The notes beneath the pieces are model-generated. The model worked only from the letters and a program-made list of their open reading frames with translations, was not told where the DNA came from and ran no database searches. This document shows positions 58,003 to 64,000 of a stretch of DNA of 64,000 nucleotides, in pieces. Origin of the DNA: the human T2T-CHM13v2.0 reference genome, Homo sapiens; the NCBI RefSeq assembly GCF_009914755.1, contig NC_060926.1; one strand, written 5' to 3'. Each line of letters opens with the position of its first letter. Position 1 is the first letter of the stretch. A program made the translations under genes and the position numbers.

Positions 58003-58445
58003 CTTTCTCAAATGTTGAGCTTCACTCTTATAGTGATCTTTGTCTGCTTCCAAAGTCTTGACAAAGGAATCAAGTCTAGAAGGAGATTTATTTTGTGCTT
58101 TTTCAGTATCTAAAATTATCTTGCCAAAGAGGAAAAAATTAGGCCATTATTTCAAGCTAAACTATAGCATCATTTTCTAAGTGAAATTGAAAACAAACAG
58201 GATCCTTAAAAACATTTAATTTGGTATTTTTTAAATACAACATTTAAAAAATTATATATCAGTAATTTTTAAAAAGCAGTTAGATATCTTTCTTTTCCAG
58301 GATTTCTGGGTATGCTATATTTTAACTGAAAGATAATTTTGGAGAAAAAATGGTAAAGAAATTTTAGAGAGGCCAGAAATGTCCACAGACCTAGCACACA
58401 TCCTAGAAATGGCATGGATTTGCTTTAGAAAAACATATGCTACTA

Positions 58446-58810
<365 letters not shown>

Positions 58811-59412
58811 TTAACTGAATGCTGGATATTCCATACTTGTAAGCATTCCCACAAATTTGCATTCACTTTCATATATTTAGAAACACTTCTTTGACAACAT
58901 TTATTTAACAATACTTTATTGGGAGAAAATTATAGATATACTTTCAGATAGAGGGTTTTAAATATTTTAAATAACACTAAAATGTTTAAACAGAACAGTT
59001 TTCATTTCACATTGTTAGATAAATAAAACATTGTTTGGAATTATGTAACAAAATTTATGGCTTAAAAGTATTTACTATTAAGGGGGATAAAAGTTAATGT
59101 GTAAACAAACTTCATATTTTGAGAATTATTCAGTCATCATTTTAAATCAATTAACAGATAAGGACATTAATAAAACCAACCAAAAGTTGTTCTTTGCCTC
59201 TAGGAAACAAAGGAATAGTGATGAAAGCAGCAAAAAAAAGTCACTCTTACAGATGGGGGTTCCCCTGTGTCCCTAGCAGTTGGTGCAGATTTTAGAAAAC
59301 AAACATATTTTATTCCTCACAAAACGTGTGAGAGCCAAAGATATAATTTTTTATAGCTTACTGACCAAATAAAAATGATTCCGTAACACATATTTATGAA
59401 AAATGTACTTAC

Positions 59413-59478
59413 AGATTTAAGCCTTTTTATTGTATCTTCCAATACTATAATATTATTTTGCTGGCAAATGAGATCAAT
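59413..59478 (-). other. TSGA10: Probable upstream TSGA10 exon (66 nt; reads IDLICQQNNIIVLEDTIKRLKS in frame 0)
   Basis: Strong polypyrimidine tract plus TTCAG acceptor and TCT|GTAAGT donor. Confidence 0.75.
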
Positions 59479-60704
59479 CTGAAGAAAAAGTAAAAAAAAA
59501 AAAAATTATTTCTATTAAAGATGTTTAAACTAATTGGAAAAAGAACATCAAAAAAAAGGAAGCCACTTAAAATAAAAACATGAAGGCAGTGAATATTTTA
59601 AAGAAGAAATAACCTGTTTAGCAACCTTTGATGATAAAAGATAAAAGATGATTTACCCAGAATGAAATAACAATTCTCTTAAATTCAATCTTTTGTATAA
59701 AATGTTAATTGATTGTATTTTACCAAATTATTCCCCATAAACTGGAACAAAATGTTAGTACTAATTACAATTCTGAAGATAATAGGAAAGCAATAAAAGA
59801 ATGACTAGAATAAAATAAGTTGACCCAAATTACCCCATTCAGAAAAGATTGCTTTCTCTTCTGAACTCAACTGCTTAGTTCAATTCAATCCACAAAATAC
59901 TTTTTGTATCAATTTATGACAGTGAACATACCCAGTCTTATAAGATAGGTACCTATAGTCATATATTTAGCATATGACTACATTATATGTTCCTACAGGA
60001 CAGTGACTAAGTTTTTATGCAAAGCAGTAAAGTTCTTTGCTAATAGCATATTCACTTAATGTATTTTGCAATTCATCAACCTTTCCCTCATTATTCTAAA
60101 CTGCATCCTGATCTTGCCTACTACATTTTTAATTTGAATTCTCTGGAATTATTGTACTTCATTTGTCCTTTAGACCAACGTTCTCTTCTACGATTTTTCT
60201 GGCAGTCATATTTTAAGTTTATGAAATATTAAGGGGTGCTATTATTTGCAACGTTTTTCTCACAAGTGAAGTACTTAGAAATAGAACATAATTACATAGA
60301 GTTTGGATAACCTTATGTATAGCCTTGAATAGACAATTTTCAATGTTTTAATGTATACTACTAAGTAGACACTAAAAAGATACAGGTCTACTCTGAATGT
60401 GTTAAGATTTCCACATTAAGTATAAAAATTCACTCTGCAAAACAGAGTATCTGGTATGACACATTCTCATAAAAAATAAATTTATACGCAGACATCCTAC
60501 ATATAAACATAACCAAATAAACTGAAGATTATGTCTAGGTATAACAAGGTATGATTATGGTAGATGTTATTTTCTTCATTTACTTTTCTATATGGACTAA
60601 AATTTTGTATAATAAATATGCATTAATTTTACAGTGATTTAAAAAAATGTTGATTCCACTCTGAAAAACAAAATAACTGGCCCAAATGAAAAACTGCTAA
60701 CTCA

Positions 60705-61420
60705 GTGTTTTCACTTACTTAACAATTAATGAATGCCTACTACCTGCCTGCCATTGTGTTATGTGCTGGGTAAAGTAATGAATAAAAAAGGTAAAAATCT
60801 CTGCCCTCATGTAGTATATATTCTAGCCAAAAAAAGAAAAACAAAAGATAATAGTCAAAATATGTTAGTGATTGCATCCCTCAAAAAAATAATACAAGGA
60901 GCGCTCACGTTCTAAGCACTTGAGTTAAGTAAACAAGAGAGACAAAGATTTCTGCCTTTGTGGATTCTACATTCCAGCTAGAATAGACAATAATAAACCT
61001 AACAAATAATTATATAGTATACTAGAAAAAGAAGAGCAGAGTTAAGGATACTGGGAATATTTATGGAGGAACAGGTTGGAATTTTAAATAGGGTGGTCAG
61101 GAAGTCCTCATTGAAAGGTGACCTTTGACCAAAAACTTCAGAGGAAAGGAAGTCAATCATGTGAAAATCTGGGCAAAAAACATTGCAGGCAAAAGTTACA
61201 GCTCTAACAAAGGTCCTAAGGCAAAAGAAGGTCTGGTTGGTTCTAAGTATGGAGACCGGCATGGCTGGAGCACAGTGAGGGAAGGGGAAAGGAACAGCAA
61301 AGTGCTACAGGGAAAAATAAAGCGAAGGAGAAAGACAGGGAGTGTGTGCAGGGAATGTGGGGATGGGTATTTCAGAGCCCGCTGTGTGGAAGACATTGTG
61401 TAAAGTCTTTGTTGTCCCCC
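60705..61420 (-). mobile_element. L2 LINE 3' fragments
   Basis: Reverse-strand L2 motifs (TGCCTACTA...TGTGCTGGG, CTGCCCTCATG...ATTCTAG, GGTGGTCAGGAAG). Confidence 0.7.
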
Positions 61421-61493
61421 ACCCCACCCTTTGTTTGTGGGGGACAAACAAAGACTTTACACAATGTCTTCCACACAGCGGGCTCTGAAATAC
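61367..61493. repeat. Near-perfect inverted repeat, 56/57-bp arms, 14-nt loop
   Basis: 61367-61422 is the reverse complement of 61437-61493 apart from one extra base. Confidence 0.97.
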
Positions 61494-61721
61494 TTTTTAT
61501 TGAATCACACACAAAAGTAACAATAATGATAAGGACTATCAGAGATCCAGTCCAGTAACATAGCCCCTAGGTCAATTAAAAATATAAATTATAGGAAGAA
61601 ATAATGGTAAAATTTTAATTCTGCTTCACATTTCATAGTGTCATGTTCAATTATCTGGGAAATGCCATGTTAACACATGAATGATAAACAACTCAAGATG
61701 AGAGAATAAACGAAGGCATAT

Positions 61722-62560
<839 letters not shown>

Positions 62561-63505
62561 GTTAATATTGAAAATATTTTAATGAAGTAAATCATGGAAG
62601 AAGTTACTGTTGACCTTTAAAAATAAGACTAAAAGTAAATACTTCCCAGTGAATACATTTAATACTATCTCAATTCCAGACAAACTAACAGTAGCTTTAG
62701 CCTCAGACTCTACCTCCGCATACCCAGAGTATAATCTTAAACACTAGAAACCCAAATATTTTTTCTCAGCAATCGAATTAGAAATCTTGTTTCAAGTGCC
62801 ACCCCACAAATTAGGCAAGGAATCTCTCCCACATAAATATAAACCTAAAATGCATATCTAATGTCTTAGGATGATGACAACACACACTGGAGTTCATATC
62901 CCCAGTGTTGGTTTTGCATCTTTCTAATCCCCATTCTACTTGGGGACATTCACTTAACTGAGGTTGGTGATTTCCTCATTTCAGGGCATTCTACCAACCC
63001 AAAGGCCTATTTCCATTTTGTTCTCTCTTTATTAAGTTTCTGATGTTTTTCCTGTGTCAGCAATGGTATCTCTACTCCAAGACTTACTGCTTACCTCTTT
63101 TTCACCCAATAGCTTTCCAACCCTCAAATACACCCAACATTCCACATTATTTATGAAGATCTATTTTCTAGAAATACTCTTTGCCAAACCAGGCAAAATT
63201 CCACCTGTAAATTTAATACTTACAGTTTTAGGTAAATCCTAGCTCTTATATTTTAGATGTTTTCCATTCCAAAAATTCTTCCTTTTGAAAGCAGAGAATT
63301 TACCCTGACATAGTACTTACTCTCTCTAGAACATAAACCCTAACAACCCTTTAAAAGTGATGTGATGACTTCTAAACAGGGCATTCTCATTGTTGGAATT
63401 CAGTCAACTTGGTTTCCCGCAGTCTGGGAAGGAGTGCAGTTAATTTTTAATTTGAAAACAAAAACAAGGAAGACATACTAAAACTCTTCAATATTGATAT
63501 ATATA

Positions 63506-63797
63506 TATTTTTTTGAGATAAAGAGTCTCACTCTTTTGCTCAGGCTAGAGCGTGACGTGATTTTGGCTCACTGCAACCTCTGTCTCTCAGGCTCAAGCTA
63601 TTCTTGTGCCTCAGCCTCCCAAGTAGCTGGGATTACAGGCGTATGGCAACACGCCCAGCTATTTTTTTGCATTTTAGTAGAAATGGGGTTTCATCATGTT
63701 CACCAGGCTGGTCTCAAACTCCTGGCCTCAAGCGATCCACCTGCCTCGGCCTCCCAAAGTGCTGGGATTACAGGCATAAGCCACCATGCTTGGCCCA
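63506..63797 (-). mobile_element. Reverse Alu (AluJ/S)
   Basis: Reverse Alu dimer after a TA/T tract. Confidence 0.85.
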
Positions 63798-64000
63798 ATT
63801 TTGATAATTTTTATAATTAAGACAGATGGAAATCAATTTACCATTAAACTGTGAATGTTACTTTAAAAAAAGTAACAATACATTCCACCTGAAGTGGCAT
63901 TAAAAAATTAAGTTAAAAAAAATTTTAAAGTAACAATACAAACAAAAGTATTGAAAAATGTTTAAAATATTCAAGCTACTTTTAAATATCCTTCAAATAC

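Overview
This is primate (most likely human) genomic DNA, AT-rich and dense in Alu and L1 repeats. It covers part of TSGA10, a CEP135-paralogous coiled-coil gene, on the minus strand. I traced eleven coding exons with GT-AG boundaries and consistent phases, from the MMRSRS start exon (57952-58002) down to 13456-13641; the gene continues beyond the left edge. The introns hold a 5'-truncated SMC3 processed pseudogene with an intact C-terminal ORF, a near full-length degenerate L1PB, many older L1 fragments, about 30 Alus, an LTR6-like solo LTR, MaLR LTRs, L2 and DNA-transposon relics. The most notable observations are: (1) the presumed 5' UTR of TSGA10 is an in-frame, stop-free, CEP135-like reading frame over two exons; (2) an Alu-bracketed four-exon block could circularise into a stop-less ORF; (3) two short insertions were apparently copied from repeats about 3 kb away; (4) two near-perfect fold-back hairpins. 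No prokaryotic-type system (CRISPR, operon) is present. Repeat subfamily names and protein comparisons are from recall, not from a search.
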